From the NCBI RefSeq assembly GCF_048593235.1, contig NC_133621.1:280013238-280077237 (forward strand): a DNA stretch of 64,000 nucleotides, read 5' to 3'. The position numbers were made by a program, and so were the translations under genes. Numbering within the stretch: the stretch's first letter is position 1; the number at the start of each line of letters is the position of its first letter. Positions 50,146-63,053 of this stretch are shown piece by piece. The notes under the pieces were generated by a model. It searched no databases. It saw only the letters and a program-made list of their open reading frames with translations, and was not told the origin of the DNA. This DNA comes from Sminthopsis crassicaudata (Eukaryota).

Positions 50146-51486
50146 TTTATGTTGTGTGTGTATATTCTCTCTCTTCTCCCCTCCCCTCAGCTTTTCTAGA
50201 TATTTGAGTTGTTTTTTGATAGACTCCTTTTTGTCAGTGGATTATAATTGCTTCACAGACCGGCCTACCAGCTAAGAAACTGGTTGCCATGTTTGGCTGC
50301 CTTTTCCTCGGTCATAGTCAGATGTTACTGAAGATGCTATTTCCTTCAGGTGTCAGGGAGAGGGGACAGAGAGAGTGAGGGATTTGATCGCTTGGCAAGG
50401 GTCGTGCAATATCCAGGTGAAGTTTTGTTGTTCAGCTTCCTTCAGAGTCTGCTTCTGTCCCTGGGGCCCAGGCAGCAGGCTGGTACGTCCAGAAGTCAAG
50501 AGGCCGGCCTTCTGAGAAATGCCTTTCTCCTTTGTTTTTGATTGATTTGTTTGACCTGTGCAGCTGTGACAGTGAGGATGGTGCCAGCATCAGTGAGTCT
50601 CCTGGCCTGGCACGGTAACGATGTCCTAATGGGCACGGGCACTGTAGGAAAGAGGCCGATTCCACTTATTTTCGTTAATTGAGAAAGACAGAACAAGCGA
50701 CTGGAGCGGGGAAAATGAACTGTTAGAGCTGTCAGCAAGGCAAGGGTAAGACTTGTCAGGGGAGATAGAGAATCAGTCTTCACTGGAGACAGCGGCCATG
50801 CTAGACACCTATCTGCTTAAAGATGATAATGAAATTAATCCTGCCTCCAGCCACTTCCCGTCCAAATGATTTATTGGCTTTATACCAGAGTATTGCCGCA
50901 TAGTAGTAATAAATGACAAGACTAGAACTCGAGGGCTTAAGAGTTCTCCTTCGGATTTTAAAATCCATGCTGGAGAAACTCAGAGCTCGAAGGAAGCCTC
51001 AGAGGTCACTGAGTGACCCGCTCTTCCGCGCTAGACCAGACCGAAGCTATCACAAACAGAGGAGGGATTTGCTATTTCTTCATTTCAGATGTTATTTGTT
51101 TTGTTTCCCAATTGATAAGTATTTTATTTTCTCTCTCTACCATTTAATGCCCACTGGAAAAAAAGAAAAAAAAAGCAAAAGCAAAACCTTATAACAAATA
51201 TGCATATAGTCAAGCAAAACAAATTGCCACATTGGTCATATCCAAGAACGTCTCATTTTGCTTGTTGGCCCATTGTCTCTTCCGGGAGTTGAGGTGGGTA
51301 GGGAATACAGGTAGCGTTTTTCAACATTGTCCCCTGGAAAACCTACACTATTCCTTAAAAATTCCGTGAATTTGGCCACTTCTTATAGTCTCTTTCCATA
51401 TCTACTAGTATAATAAAGCAATACTTATTATATATTTAGTAAACTTTCAACAATGTTAGATTGTTTGGGAAAAAATTATATTTGAA

Positions 51487-51564
51487 ACTACTACTATTTT
51501 TGCTGTTGCTGCTGCTACTGCTTCTGCTACTGCTACTATTGCTACTGCTACTGCCACTACTATT
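51487..51564. repeat. (CTA/CTG)n degenerate trinucleotide repeat
   Basis: Seen directly in the sequence. Confidence 0.9.
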
Positions 51565-54500
51565 TATATTGTACTTTAAGGTTTTCAATGTACATTATAT
51601 ATGATAAAACCTTCTCTTTGAGGATAGGCATTGTTTCATTTTGTATTTCTAGTTTCTGGCATAGTGCTTTGCCTGTAGTGGATGCTTAATAAATAATTGA
51701 TTGACCAATCCATTTCAGATGCTAATATGGTTGATTTTGGGGGAAAACTGCTTATCCTCTCATGTTGGTCGTCATTAGGGAGCATGATAGCTTGAGAGCT
51801 CAAGCAGTAATTTAGGATCTGTAATACACCTGTAGCTAATCAGTCATCCAGCATATATTTGTTAAATAGCTAATGTCTTTAAAGAATTGAACTAGGTGCT
51901 GATATACAGAGAATTCACATAAGATATATATAGTCCTTTTCTTCAGTGAAGGTAGAGTCATTTGAGTTTCACAAGCCCATTTTACAGCTGGAGGAACAAA
52001 CTCAGTGAGGCTAAGTATCTTGCCAGTGAAATAGCAGCTTCTGCAGTGTTCTCATAATTTCTCTTTCCTCCCCTCCATTTTTAAGAATCCCAGCTTTCTT
52101 TAAGGTGCAGCTATCTGCTGCAGGAGGCTTTTCCCAGATCCTAGTGCTTTCTCCACCAGGGATATTCTACATCTACTTTGTATGTATCTTGTGTGCACCC
52201 AGTTATGTCCCTGTTGTTCCTTGGAGAGAAGGACTTTTCTTTCTGTTCCTAGTAGTTAGTATAGTGCCTGGAAAATAGGAGTGCTTAATACATGTTGATT
52301 GATTCGTTGATTGATTGGTGAGTATAGGAGTCTGGGAAAGGACATAAACCAAGTTCCTCAGCATTCAGAAATCAAATTTTACCAGTCCCTCCTGAATTGA
52401 TTGGTGCATCTCAAGCCAAACTCATAAAGAGATCGATTTATGAGAATGCAAATTTATTCATTTGTAGTGGCAGACAAAGGAGATAATATGACCAGTCATT
52501 TTTAAATGATACTATTTCCTTCCTGATGGGTAGCCCTCTCAGGAAGTTAGATTAATTGGACAGTCTTTTGAGCAAAAGGAGCGGGCTATTTATTCTTAAG
52601 GAATATATACATACATTCTTATGTGTATGTATGTATGTATGTGTGTATTATTTTTTTTTTTGAATCAAAGTGGTAGCTTGATAAATTGTTCTTCTTGACT
52701 CAAGGTTGGCAACCATCGAACTTGCACTTTTAGAGACAATTCTGTTGGCAAATATGCTGCCCCTCTGTCCCCATAAACCACAGAAATGTCTTGGAAATGT
52801 CAGTATTTCAGCCAATCTGACTGTAAGCATTTCCATAAAAATAGATCCAGGGCATGAAATATGGATGATCAGTGACTGGAGAAGCATCCCAACTCCTCAC
52901 CCATTTTAACCCAGTCTGTGGCTCTCTACATAGTACACTGGCTGTCAGTAAGGAGGGGGTGGTTCCTAATGGCCTTGAATTTTCAAGTTATAAAGCTTTA
53001 AAACAGAGGCTCAGGGGCACTAATGCAAAGATCAAGGCCTAATCTCCTGAGCTTTCTGAGCATAGTTTTCGTCCTTTGGGATAGATGATGAACCCAGTAT
53101 TTTTGCCAAGAAAACTCCCAATGGGGTCCCAATGGTTACTACTGAAACAACTGATCAACCACAACTAAATAGGAATAATAATAACACCTGCATTTAGGCA
53201 ATTGTGAGGTTTAAATCAAATCATGTATGTTATAGCACCTGGCAAACCTTAAAATGCTATATAAACATTAGCTATCATTACTGTTGCTGTAGTCAGTGCT
53301 ATGAACACTGGAGTTGGAGTGAGAAAGATCCAGTTTTGAACTTTTTTCAGATTCTAGCTTATGACTCTGGGCAAATCACTTAATCCTGTTTGCCTCAGTT
53401 TCCTTGTCTATAAAATGAGCTAGAGAAGGAAAATGGCAAACTACTTCAGTATATTTGCCCAAAACAGTCAAATTCCAAATGGAGTCAAGAAATGACTGAA
53501 CAATGTGGTCCCCTAACGTGTGGAAGAGGGTGGCTGTGATGTTGTAGACTAGATTTAGCTTCTGGGACTCCCATTTTATATTTATATAAAAATTGCCCAT
53601 ATAGCAGCTAGTAATCATCTTATCCATGGCCCTTAACATGATCTGATCCCAGCAAGGGGCACAAAAGCCATCCCTATTCTATTTTGGTCTTGAGAGGATG
53701 TTGCTCGGCTTGCAGCCACTGAGGGGTTAAACTTACAGACTGCCTTGCAAACACATTAAGGGAGCAGCATTTCTCTTCACTATAATTAAATCCTCCCCGA
53801 ACTGCTTCTTTCTCTGACTTTTGCTTCATGTGGGCTGTTCCTATGAAACGGATTGATGCCTGAGCATCCCAATGGGTGCATGATCCATTTCTCCAGAGAA
53901 ATCCGCCCCTTGAGTACACAACAGTTTCTTTTAGAATCCATGCTTTTTCTCCATCTTTACTTCTAAGGTCACCATTCATCCAATAACAGCTAAGCCCTTT
54001 TCTTGAGCAGTATTTGTGTTCTGCAGGCAGCAAGAGGAGAGATATTTTTTCAGGGAATAAAAATTACAACCTAAAACCACTTCAGTCATTCAGTTATAAA
54101 GTTGTGTGATGTGGAGAAAAATTTGGCTATCATTTATTTCAACTATGACTGGAAAATCTTCCTTGCTTCAGGTTTGCAAAGTCATTGCTATTCACAGCTA
54201 TTCCTCACAGTGTCACGGAACCTCGAGAGTTGGAAGGGCCCCCAGAGACCATTGAAAACAGTAGTTCTTAAGCTGTTTTTTTCACTTACACATCTCAACG
54301 GTGGTCAAATGAAGCCTCTGGAACCATTCTCAGAATAATTTTTTAAATACATAAGTGGTCATCTATCTACCTCTAAAACAAAGAACCAGAAAGAATTTGT
54401 TTCCTCAGACTACTTGGCGGCAATACTTCCTTCACAAAGGTGGTAACTTGGTGAGATCTTCATGACTCAAAGAAGAATTATAAGTCATTTCCCTTTTATG

Positions 54501-56959
54501 AGCCTCAGTTTCTCCTGTTGTAAAATGAGAGGATTGGATCAGATCCCCTTTGAGGTCCCTTCGATTAATCAGGAGACATTTATTAAGTATTAAGTATATG
54601 CCATGTACTATACAGGACATTGAGGATATATACAGAGACAAAACTGAAACAATCCCTTACCCCCAGTAAGGTTAAATTCTATCAAGAAAGACAATATGTA
54701 ATCCACATAAGTAGGTTCAAAGATCTTGATCTATAAGAATAAAGCCCTGTCAGTCCAGAGCTCATTTTAGACAAAGAAGGGTGAAGGAACAGAGATGTAT
54801 GGGCCAAGCATCTTTAGTGTTTTGCCTTGTTTTGGAAATCCTTTTGGACGTTCTGTCTTGGGTGTCTCAAGAGTCAAGTTTATATGATGTGATGTGATAT
54901 GCCTGCTGTGACAGGTCTGTGCCAACTAGCCCTGAGCTTCCTTCACTGAAGGACCAAGCAAGGTCATGATCCTGAAGCCTTGGGAGCAGAGCAGAGAGAT
55001 TTTAATGGAGTGTCTTTGGCTTTAGATTCCAATCTTGGAGACAGAGTTGGGCTGTGGCTGAAAGGCAAGAGGGCAGGCTGGGAGGAAGGAGCTTGTGACA
55101 CAAAATAATAATTCTGTATAATTCCCTTTTAGCACATTTGCCAAATCAGAGATTGCGATATTTGAATTTTTATAGAGGTTTTTACATTTTCTTCATTAAT
55201 TATTTGAGGGGGAGAAAAAGGCACATGGAGAATTCAATTTACCTTCACAATTCAAACAGAATGACTTCAATACAATTCGAAGAGCAAATTAACAGTGGAT
55301 ATTTTTCTTTTTATTTAGTATTTTCTATTTCCCCAAATACATGTAAAAAACCAATTTTCAATGTTAATTTTCAAAACTGAGTTCCAAATTCTCTCTCCCT
55401 CCTCACCCATCATTAAAAAGCCAAGCAATTTGATATGGGTCATATCTGTGATATGCAAAACATTTCCATAAAATGGATGTTTTTCAAGAAAATTGCTATT
55501 TGTGAAATTGTCATGTTAGATCTCACAGAACCATAGAGGATCTCTAATCCAAATTTTTTACTTTTTACATGTGAGGGAAACTGAGATCCAAAGAGATCAA
55601 GAACTTAGCCCACTGTCACAGATGTAGTAAGTAGGAATTTGATTTGGGATACCAGTTGAACCTGGGAGCCTCAATGATTTATTCAGATCCATTCAGTGTA
55701 TGGGAGAAGCTGAATTTGAAACGAGGTCTTGGCAATTCCAAAGCTGACTTTATGTCCTCCTGTGTTCTGGTAGATTTTAAAAGTGTCACTTGATTTATTG
55801 ATTTATGGATTTCTCTCTCTAGATGCTTATGATTTGTAATTCTGTTGCTGGGAAGGCTTTGAGGGTCCTTACCATCCCCCTTCTGCTACCCCATACCAAA
55901 GTGTCCAGTTGGTCACAGAAAAATAATTATCTCTTTTTTTCATCCAATCCTCGAGTGTTATGAGAAGCTGGAAGGAATTTAATTTAAAGTTAACATGGGG
56001 ACCTGTTTTGCCCTCAGTTGGAGAAATTTGTCTCTGCCACAGATTCAGCCAGTGACATTAACCTTTCTTAGATTTAATTTAGTTTCCATCCCAAGCACAG
56101 AGGCCCATCAGAAGCAACCTGCTTCCCGATTAATGAGGTTTTTGGACTTCCTCATACAAATCACACAGAGCCATGTTTTTAATTCTTGTGATTTTATAGA
56201 TGTTTCCAAAAGCTTTTCTCTTTTCAACTTTGCAGTAGCATGAAGGAGAAAACAGAAATATATTTTTTAAAAAAACACACAAACAAACACATCTGTACAG
56301 GAACATTTTTTTTTTTTTTTTTGTCTTCACAATGGAGTTAAAGTGTCTTATGGGAAAAAAAAAAATGCACCAGCCCCAGAGCAGCTGTGAAACGCTTCAC
56401 AAGATAAGATTAGGCTTGTCTTTAAAACAACCACCACCACCACACATACGCATATACACACATACCCTCTACTAATAAAATACATTTACACTTGCTCATG
56501 AGAGATAATTTCAGAGTAAAAATCTCTTGGACGCCAGCCCCATCTTTCTGCACAATATCTTAGAGCCTGAGATCAGTGCCAACCGTTGGCTTTGTTGCCA
56601 GCTTCTGAAAAGACACTTGAACTTCTGGCAAAGATCCCTATTGGAGGGGCCCGTCCCTTGTTTTTGTGATTATAGAGTAAGGGTGCTTGCTTTTGACAAA
56701 ACACAGAATCTGACAGCAGTGGCGTATTGGCGCAACACTCAACAGGGTCCGTTGGGGATGCATTCTTTGACAATTACCCACAATGATTCACTCGTTTCTT
56801 TTAAAAAAGAATTTTTTTTTTTTTACTGGCATAGGAATAAAGCATATTCAACTCTCCATAAAAAATGAAGAAATTTTGTAAAACTCTTCAGATAGTCCCT
56901 GAAGTTCAGTTTGATTTGAAGTTTTGTTAAAGCGAAGTAGGTAGGAGCTTCAGATGGTC

Positions 56960-57345
56960 ATGGAGGGGAGAGCGCCACCAAATGGGATTGATTTTCATTT
57001 AAATTGGAACGAGTATTGATGAGACAGGTAAAAAAACACTCCTTGGAGGAAAGAGATGTGGAGAATTTGGTTAAGGGGACTAGAACGGGGTGTCCAGTCA
57101 TAGGCGGGGCATTGTCTCACCGTACTCTGACCTTTTTGGACTTCTCACTTGGTGTATTCTGTTCAGTTGTGGATAAGCTAATGTCCAAAAGAACCATGAT
57201 GGGGCTTGAATTCATATGTTGTATGAAATGACCACAATTCGCCAAGAACAGTGAATACTCAGGGAGGACACGAGAGGTGTCTCCAGGTATCTGAGGGGCT
57301 TCCATGTGAGGGAGGATAAGACCTGAATCCAGAATGGTGACAAGA
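56960..57345 (+). mobile_element. Decayed CR1/L3 LINE fragment
   Basis: cgtactctgacc...ctcacttggtgtattctgttcagttgtgg resembles the L3 LYSALVRPHLEYCVQFW-coding segment. Confidence 0.65.
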
Positions 57346-57389
57346 AATTGCAAAGAGACCAAACCTTAGAAAAAACGACTCAGTAATTA

Positions 57390-57720
57390 TTGTTTTGTTA
57401 TTCAGCTGGATTCAACTCTTCATGACCCTATTTGGGGTTTTCTTGGCAGATACTGTGGCTTGCCATTTCTCTCCAGCTCATTTCACAGATGAGAAAACTG
57501 AGGCAAACAGTGACTTANNNNNNNNNNNNNNNNNNNNNNNNNNNNNNNNNNNNNNNNNNNNNNNNNNNNNNNNNNNNNNNNNNNNNNNNNNNNNNNNNNN
57601 NNNNNNNNNNNNNNNNNNNNNNNNNNNNNNNNNNNNNNNNNNNNNNNNNNNNNNNNNNNNNNNNNNNNNNNNNNNNNNNGATTTGAACTCAGGAAAGTGA
57701 GTCCTCCTGCACTATGGTCT
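57390..57720 (-). mobile_element. Mar1 CORE-SINE spanning an assembly gap
   Basis: Mar1 tail and CORE lie before the N-run 57518-57679; the head (gatttgaactcagg) lies after it. Confidence 0.8.
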
Positions 57721-58419
57721 GCCCCAAGATTGTAACTAAGAGTCTTCTATAGTCCCCGACCCCCACCACTGAAGAGACCTAAGTAGCACATTGATGGAAA
57801 AATTCAATCAAAGAGCTTCAGAAACGAACTGGAGTCCATCATGGAATGACTGGTTTGGATTCTGAAAGCATAGAATTTCCCCGTGATAATAGAAGTTACC
57901 CAGGTGGCAACCATGCTAACCAAAGTAACTAGATTTAAAATGAAGATTATATGCTGCAGGGGGGCTGAGGGTGAGGGTGGGGGAAGCCTCATAGAGTACC
58001 CAGAATTTAATCCAAGTTCAGGAGCCAACTTCTTGCCATATGGTTTCTGGATGAAACTGGCATCTGTGTGTGAGCCAGCAGCCATAAGGACCAGAAAGTA
58101 GCTCCAAGAGGATGGGGAGATTTCATTTCTGCCCAACAAAGGCTTGTTTTTCCACTACCTAGCCTGTTGACACTTTAGTAGCACTTAATTAAGAGTCAAC
58201 TTGAAGTAATTGAGTTTTGCCAAGACATGGAATATTTCTTTTTTCTTCCATTCATATACGCTGCCTAGAAGCTCTAGCCTTTTTGAAATTTCTATTACAG
58301 AATTCTAGCAACTTTAAATGCAATTTTCAGCCACCACAGCTTTTCCTAAGCCTCAGACATCATACAGCTGTTGCCCCTTTAGAGTGTGGTCCCTTTATTA
58401 TTCACCCTTTTTCTTTTCT

Positions 58420-58586
58420 TTATTTGTATAAGGACCACCCTTCTCAGAATCTTGTTTTTAAATTTCTCAATAAAATACATAGCATTAAAAAGGAAGCCCA
58501 ATGTACTGGATTAAAAATGCCATTTCTTTTGTCTCTCCACTATATGGACTCCCCAAAAATCTGTGGACCCCAAGTTAAGAACCCTG
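58420..58586 (+). mobile_element. Old hAT/Charlie-type element, internally deleted
   Basis: cccttctcagaat..tttttaaat...aataaaatacatag...ggaccccaagttaagaaccctg. Related pieces at about 5830-6010 (reverse), 54255-54350 and 63375-63498. Confidence 0.55.
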
Positions 58587-58900
58587 CTTTAGATGTAGGT
58601 AGATGACTTCATATAAGAATGAAGAAAGATGTATTTTTCCCCCATATTTTTTTTTAAAAGGTAGATAACTATTTGTCGATGTAGAAATAGTCTTACCTCA
58701 CAGATGAAAAGTAATTCAATTCAAATTGAGTCATATGTTCAATAAACATCGGGCTTGCAAATGTCAAAGTGTCACCAAATTGAACCTGCCCTCTAGGAGT
58801 CCCCTGGCCCTGGCTTCTTCTTAGGGCCCATTTAGCTCTAGAATTCTCAGATTTTCTTCCAGAATGTATACTGAGCCATCTTTTATCTTTTTGCTTTCAG

Positions 58901-58955
58901 ATTTCAAATGGATCTACCATCAGTGTCTTCAAGAAGCTATCAAACTTTACATCAG
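58901..58955 (+). CDS. PLXNC1: Plexin C1 coding exon (55 nt, phase 0-1): ISNGSTISVFKKLSNFTS
   Basis: Long polypyrimidine tract ending ttgctttcag, and cag|gtaaca donor. Continues the RBD in frame. Confidence 0.93.
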
Positions 58956-59166
58956 GTAACAGAGGCAGCTGGATTCCTTTCTGGTTTCAAGAAACAACTG
59001 TTCTCACCAGTCCCCCATGGACTGTCCCCACAGTGAGGGTCTGCTACTGTGCAAATCTGTGAATCTCTAGGCAGATCACATGGGCTTCTTTCTGCATCCA
59101 AGAAAATTTGGGAAATGAGACCAAAAGAAAAACTGAAATTATAATTCAATTTAAAATGAAAAGATA

Positions 59167-59209
59167 GTTATAGTAGTAATAGCAGCAGCAGTAATAGTAG
59201 TAGCAACAA

Positions 59210-59271
<62 letters not shown>

Positions 59272-59458
59272 AAGTAATAGCTGCAACAGTAGTAGTAATG
59301 GTAGTGGTAGTAGTAGTAGTAATAGCAGCAGTAAGAGGAGGAATTGCAATAGCATTTGTAGGAGTAATGGGGGGAAGTAAGAGTACCATCACCATTACTT
59401 CTACTATTACTATACTATCACAACTACTACTGCTACTGCTACTACTACCACTATTATT
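59167..59458. repeat. (TAG/CAG)n tract followed by a complementary (CTA/CTG)n tract
   Basis: TAG-rich at about 59167-59332 and CTA-rich at about 59386-59458. Confidence 0.92.
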
Positions 59459-59482
59459 GAGTCTTTATATGATGTTTTAAGG

Positions 59483-59672
59483 CAGGGGTTCTCAAACCTC
59501 TACCTTTGAGCCAGATGTGGCCCACTGAGGACGTTTATGCGGCTGCCATGTTATGGCAAATGGGATGAGGGGCGGAGACAGAGTGTGAGCTTTTGTTTTT
59601 ACTATAGTCAGGCTCTCCACCAGTCTGAGGGACAGTGAACTGGCCCCTATTTAAAAAGTTTGAGGACCATTG
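59483..59672 (+). mobile_element. Non-autonomous hAT MITE, OposCharlie1 (OC1)-like, 190 bp
   Basis: Imperfect TIRs caggggttctcaaacct / aagtttgaggaccattg. 8-bp TSD ttttaagg (59475-59482) / ctttaagg (59673-59680). The internal ctgagggacagtgaactggcccc..tttaaaaagtttgagg matches the OC1 3' end as I recall it. Confidence 0.85.
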
Positions 59673-60651
59673 CTTTAAGGTTCGCAAAGTACTTTATATA
59701 TTACATATCTTATAGATCCTCTCAGCAATCCTGTGAAGTATTATTATCCACATTTTATAGATCAGGAAACTGAGGCATAGAAAGGTTAAATAAAGAGCTA
59801 TTAAATGTCTGAAAAGGATTAAAATTCAAACCCTCCTTACTCCATTCAACATTTCATCTGTTGCAACTTCAAGAAATTGCTAAGGAAAATACCTCTCACC
59901 TCCCTTTCCTCTTTTCTCCTCCTTTCCTCCCTTATTTTCTCTTTCTTTTCTCTGGTTTCCTCCTCCCTTTTCCTTCTTTACTCTTCTCTCTCCTCTTCTT
60001 TCCCTTCTTTTCTCCTCTCCTCCCCTATTCTTCTTCCTTGATCTCTCTCCCCTTATTTCCTCACCTTTCCCTCTTCTGCTTTTTCCTCAACTCTTGTCTT
60101 CTCCATTTTTTCTTTTCCTCCTCTTCCTCTTCTTTTTATTTTCTTTCCCTTAGGAAAAAACAAACAAACAGATCCATGATTTCATTGGGATACGGAGCTC
60201 CCAGTGGGGATGCTCCCTCTACTACAGCAGCTCAGAATCTCATTTTCAATCTGTGGCTTAAGTATTGCCTGGAGCACTGAGAGTTTAAGGGTTTTGCTCA
60301 GGGAATCATAGCCAGAATGAATCAGAAGCAGATTTTGAACCCAAACGCTTTCTGATTTTGAAGGTGGTTGGCTCCCTAGCCTCCATGGCACCTCTTTGAG
60401 AATCATTATCAGTATTATCCAATTTGCTATAATTTAATTGATTCTGGGAACTCCCAATGAAATCATTCCTTCTACAAATGCTGGTCACCATTTAGACAGT
60501 TGCTTGTTTCCAGAGAGGGGACTTGTCCAGAGTCACACAGTTAGTTAAGTGACAGGCAGGACTTGACTCAGAGGCCATCTCTAATCACTTTACTACTTCA
60601 TCAGGGCCATCCTCAAGCTGAAATCTCAGATGTAGCTTTCTTTGGGTATAT

Positions 60652-61075
60652 TTTTTCACTTTTTTAAAAAAATAACTTTTTATTTTCAAAATACATGTAA
60701 AGATAGTTTTCAACATTCAATCTTGCAAAAACTTGTTTTCCAAATTTTTCTCCCTTCCTTCCCCCCACCTTCTAGACAGCAATTAATCCAATATAGGTTA
60801 CACATGTACAGTTATTCTAAACATATTTCCATATTTATCATAATGCACAAGAAAAAGCAGATCAAAAAGGAAAAAAAGAAAAAGAAAAAAGCAAACAAAC
60901 CAACAATAACAAAAAAGGTGCAAATACTATGTTGTGATCCACATTTAGTCCCCACAGTCTCCTTTCTGAGTACGGATGATTCTCTCAATCAGAAATCTAT
61001 TGGAATTGGCCTGAATCACCTCCTTGTTGAAAAGAGCTGATAATCACATAATCTTGTTGCTGTGTACAATGTTCT
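60652..61075 (-). mobile_element. Marsupial L1 3' UTR (antisense)
   Basis: ttttattttcaaaatacatg...ttcaacatt...cttgcaaaac...ttccaaattttt...ctagacagcaattaatccaatata is the reverse complement of the motif at 24862. Confidence 0.75.
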
Positions 61076-62064
61076 CTTGATTCTGAGTATTTTTTCCCTA
61101 AGGATTTTTTGTTTTGTTTTTAAGAGGATGCTGGAAGTTATTCTAGTGATCAGAGTAGGAAGACTGCAGATAATTTTGAAAGTCCCTTGACTTCTGAATA
61201 AACCAGATAATCTCCTTGGGCAGTTGTGGGATTTCCACTTGGGAAAATACAATAGTATTTGTGAGATTCCCAACAAATGGAATGGGCCACTCTCTCCCAC
61301 CACCCTATATCTCTGCTCTCCTGCACTCAGGCCAGAAGGCTCTATGTGGCCACAAGATTCGGCTTGGTCAGAGTCCTCTAGGTCATAAGCAATGATAGCA
61401 ACTAGACCTCTATTCATTGACACAATGGGTGTGTGTGTGGGGGGAGGAACTTAAGCCCAGGTGGCCAGCTTGCTGTTCACTTTGCCATGCCTGAGTGAGG
61501 GGAAGGAAGCCTTGGTTTAGTCCCAACCTCTCATTTTAGAGATGAATAAGTATGCTTACGAAAATTAAGGGACTTGCCTATGGCTAACACAGCTAATAAG
61601 TGTCTAAGGAAAGATTTGAACTCAGATCTTCCCCAATACAATGCTAGCACACTGAGTTGACACCCCTCCCCCAATTTTTTCCCCCTTTAGAGCCGGTATA
61701 TTCCAGCTAAGACTCTTCTGTCCCCTGAAAAATGCTGTTTGTTAGGTTTTCCTGTTTATAAAATCCTCAATTATTGAAGCCCTATGGATATACTTCAGAT
61801 ATTCTGTCTTCTTTACTAAAAAACAACCTTAAAATGCAGGTCCTAGAAAGGGGAGGGAAATCATACCTATATATCGGATCATTGCAAACCTCCAAACCAG
61901 GGCTGTCTCATATATTGGGTTCTTCAGGGAGAAATAAAGGAGCTGCTGGTACAGTGGGAAAAGTCACTGACGAGTCAGAGGAACTGGATTCAAATCTGTT
62001 ATTTTCAACCTTTATGAGCTCAGGCAAACCACTTAAAGCCTAAAATGAAGACGTGTGATTAGAT

Positions 62065-62236
62065 CAGGGGTGTCAAAGTCAGATAGATACAGATCCTTGT
62101 GGGTCTTGTACTGACTTAGAAAACCCACAGATTAACATTATACCATATTATATTTTATTTTGTTAAACATTTTCCAATTATATTTGAATCAGGCAACGTT
62201 GGGCAGTTGTATGGGTTGCTTGCATTCTGGACACAG
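62065..62236 (+). mobile_element. Putative short hAT-type MITE (related to 109-251)
   Basis: Starts caggggtgtcaaa and shares tattttattttgttaa..attt.ccaatta.attt with 109-251. Confidence 0.5.
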
Positions 62237-62438
62237 CATCTCAGCACTGAATGCCTTTAAGGTCACTCTCTATTAGCTCTAAATCTGTGATCCCATGACT
62301 AAGTTTGTTCATTGGCACATGAGGAGAAAGGGAGGATCATTCTTTGGCAGCATCTCTTCTGAGGACTTAAAAGTTCAGAAAGACGTTTAGCTACAATTAA
62401 GAAAGCCTCCTACAATGAATTTCCATTTTCTTAAAAAT

Positions 62439-62677
62439 GGGGCATCTGGCAGGTGGTGCACTGCTAGGCTGGAATTGGGAAGATCTGAGTTCAAATCTTG
62501 ACTCAGCCATGGACATGAATTAGCTAGATGACCTCTAGGCAAGTCATTTAACCTTGCTTGCCTCAGGTTCCCCATCTGTAAAATGAACTGGAGAAGGAAA
62601 TGACAAAGCACTCCAGTATTTTTGCCAAGAAAACCCCAAATGGAGTCACAGAGTCAGACTTGACTGAAAATGAGCAA
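62439..62677 (+). mobile_element. Mar1 CORE-SINE (near full length)
   Basis: ggggcatct..gtggtgca...gagttcaaatc...ggcaagtcatttaacc...ggagaaggaaatgacaaagcactccagtatttttgccaagaaaaccccaaatgg. Confidence 0.88.
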
Positions 62678-63053
62678 ATACAATATAAATGTTAGCTATT
62701 ATTATTAAGTCTCTTACAAGGAGTATTTATTCATTTCTAAGTTCAGTATGAATTAACCTGCATTAATTTACATTTATGCATTAAGCATAGGGAAAGACAA
62801 GAATGTTGGAGAAGACTGCCCACACAGTGACACTCAAAGTTTTATTGCATTTTTAGAAGGAAAAAAAAGCCTTTTATGTGCCTGAAAAGAAAGAGTTTTT
62901 GGTGCACTTGGAAAGCTGTTAGTATGGAATCTTATGGACACCTAGAATGATGAGGTCATCTTCTGTTTAAATGGTTGGTCACTTCTGAGCTAGCCTATTG
63001 GTCAGTAACTTTATTTAATGATTTTTTTTCTTCTTTTCTTTGTTGCCTTTCAG

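Noticed and set aside
59146-59480. Poly-Tyr/Leu/Val ORFs
   Set aside because: Translations of the TAG/CTA trinucleotide repeat.
62439-62510. tRNA-like A/B-box sequences in SINE heads throughout the window
   Set aside because: These are tRNA-derived SINE promoters with no cloverleaf; not tRNA genes.
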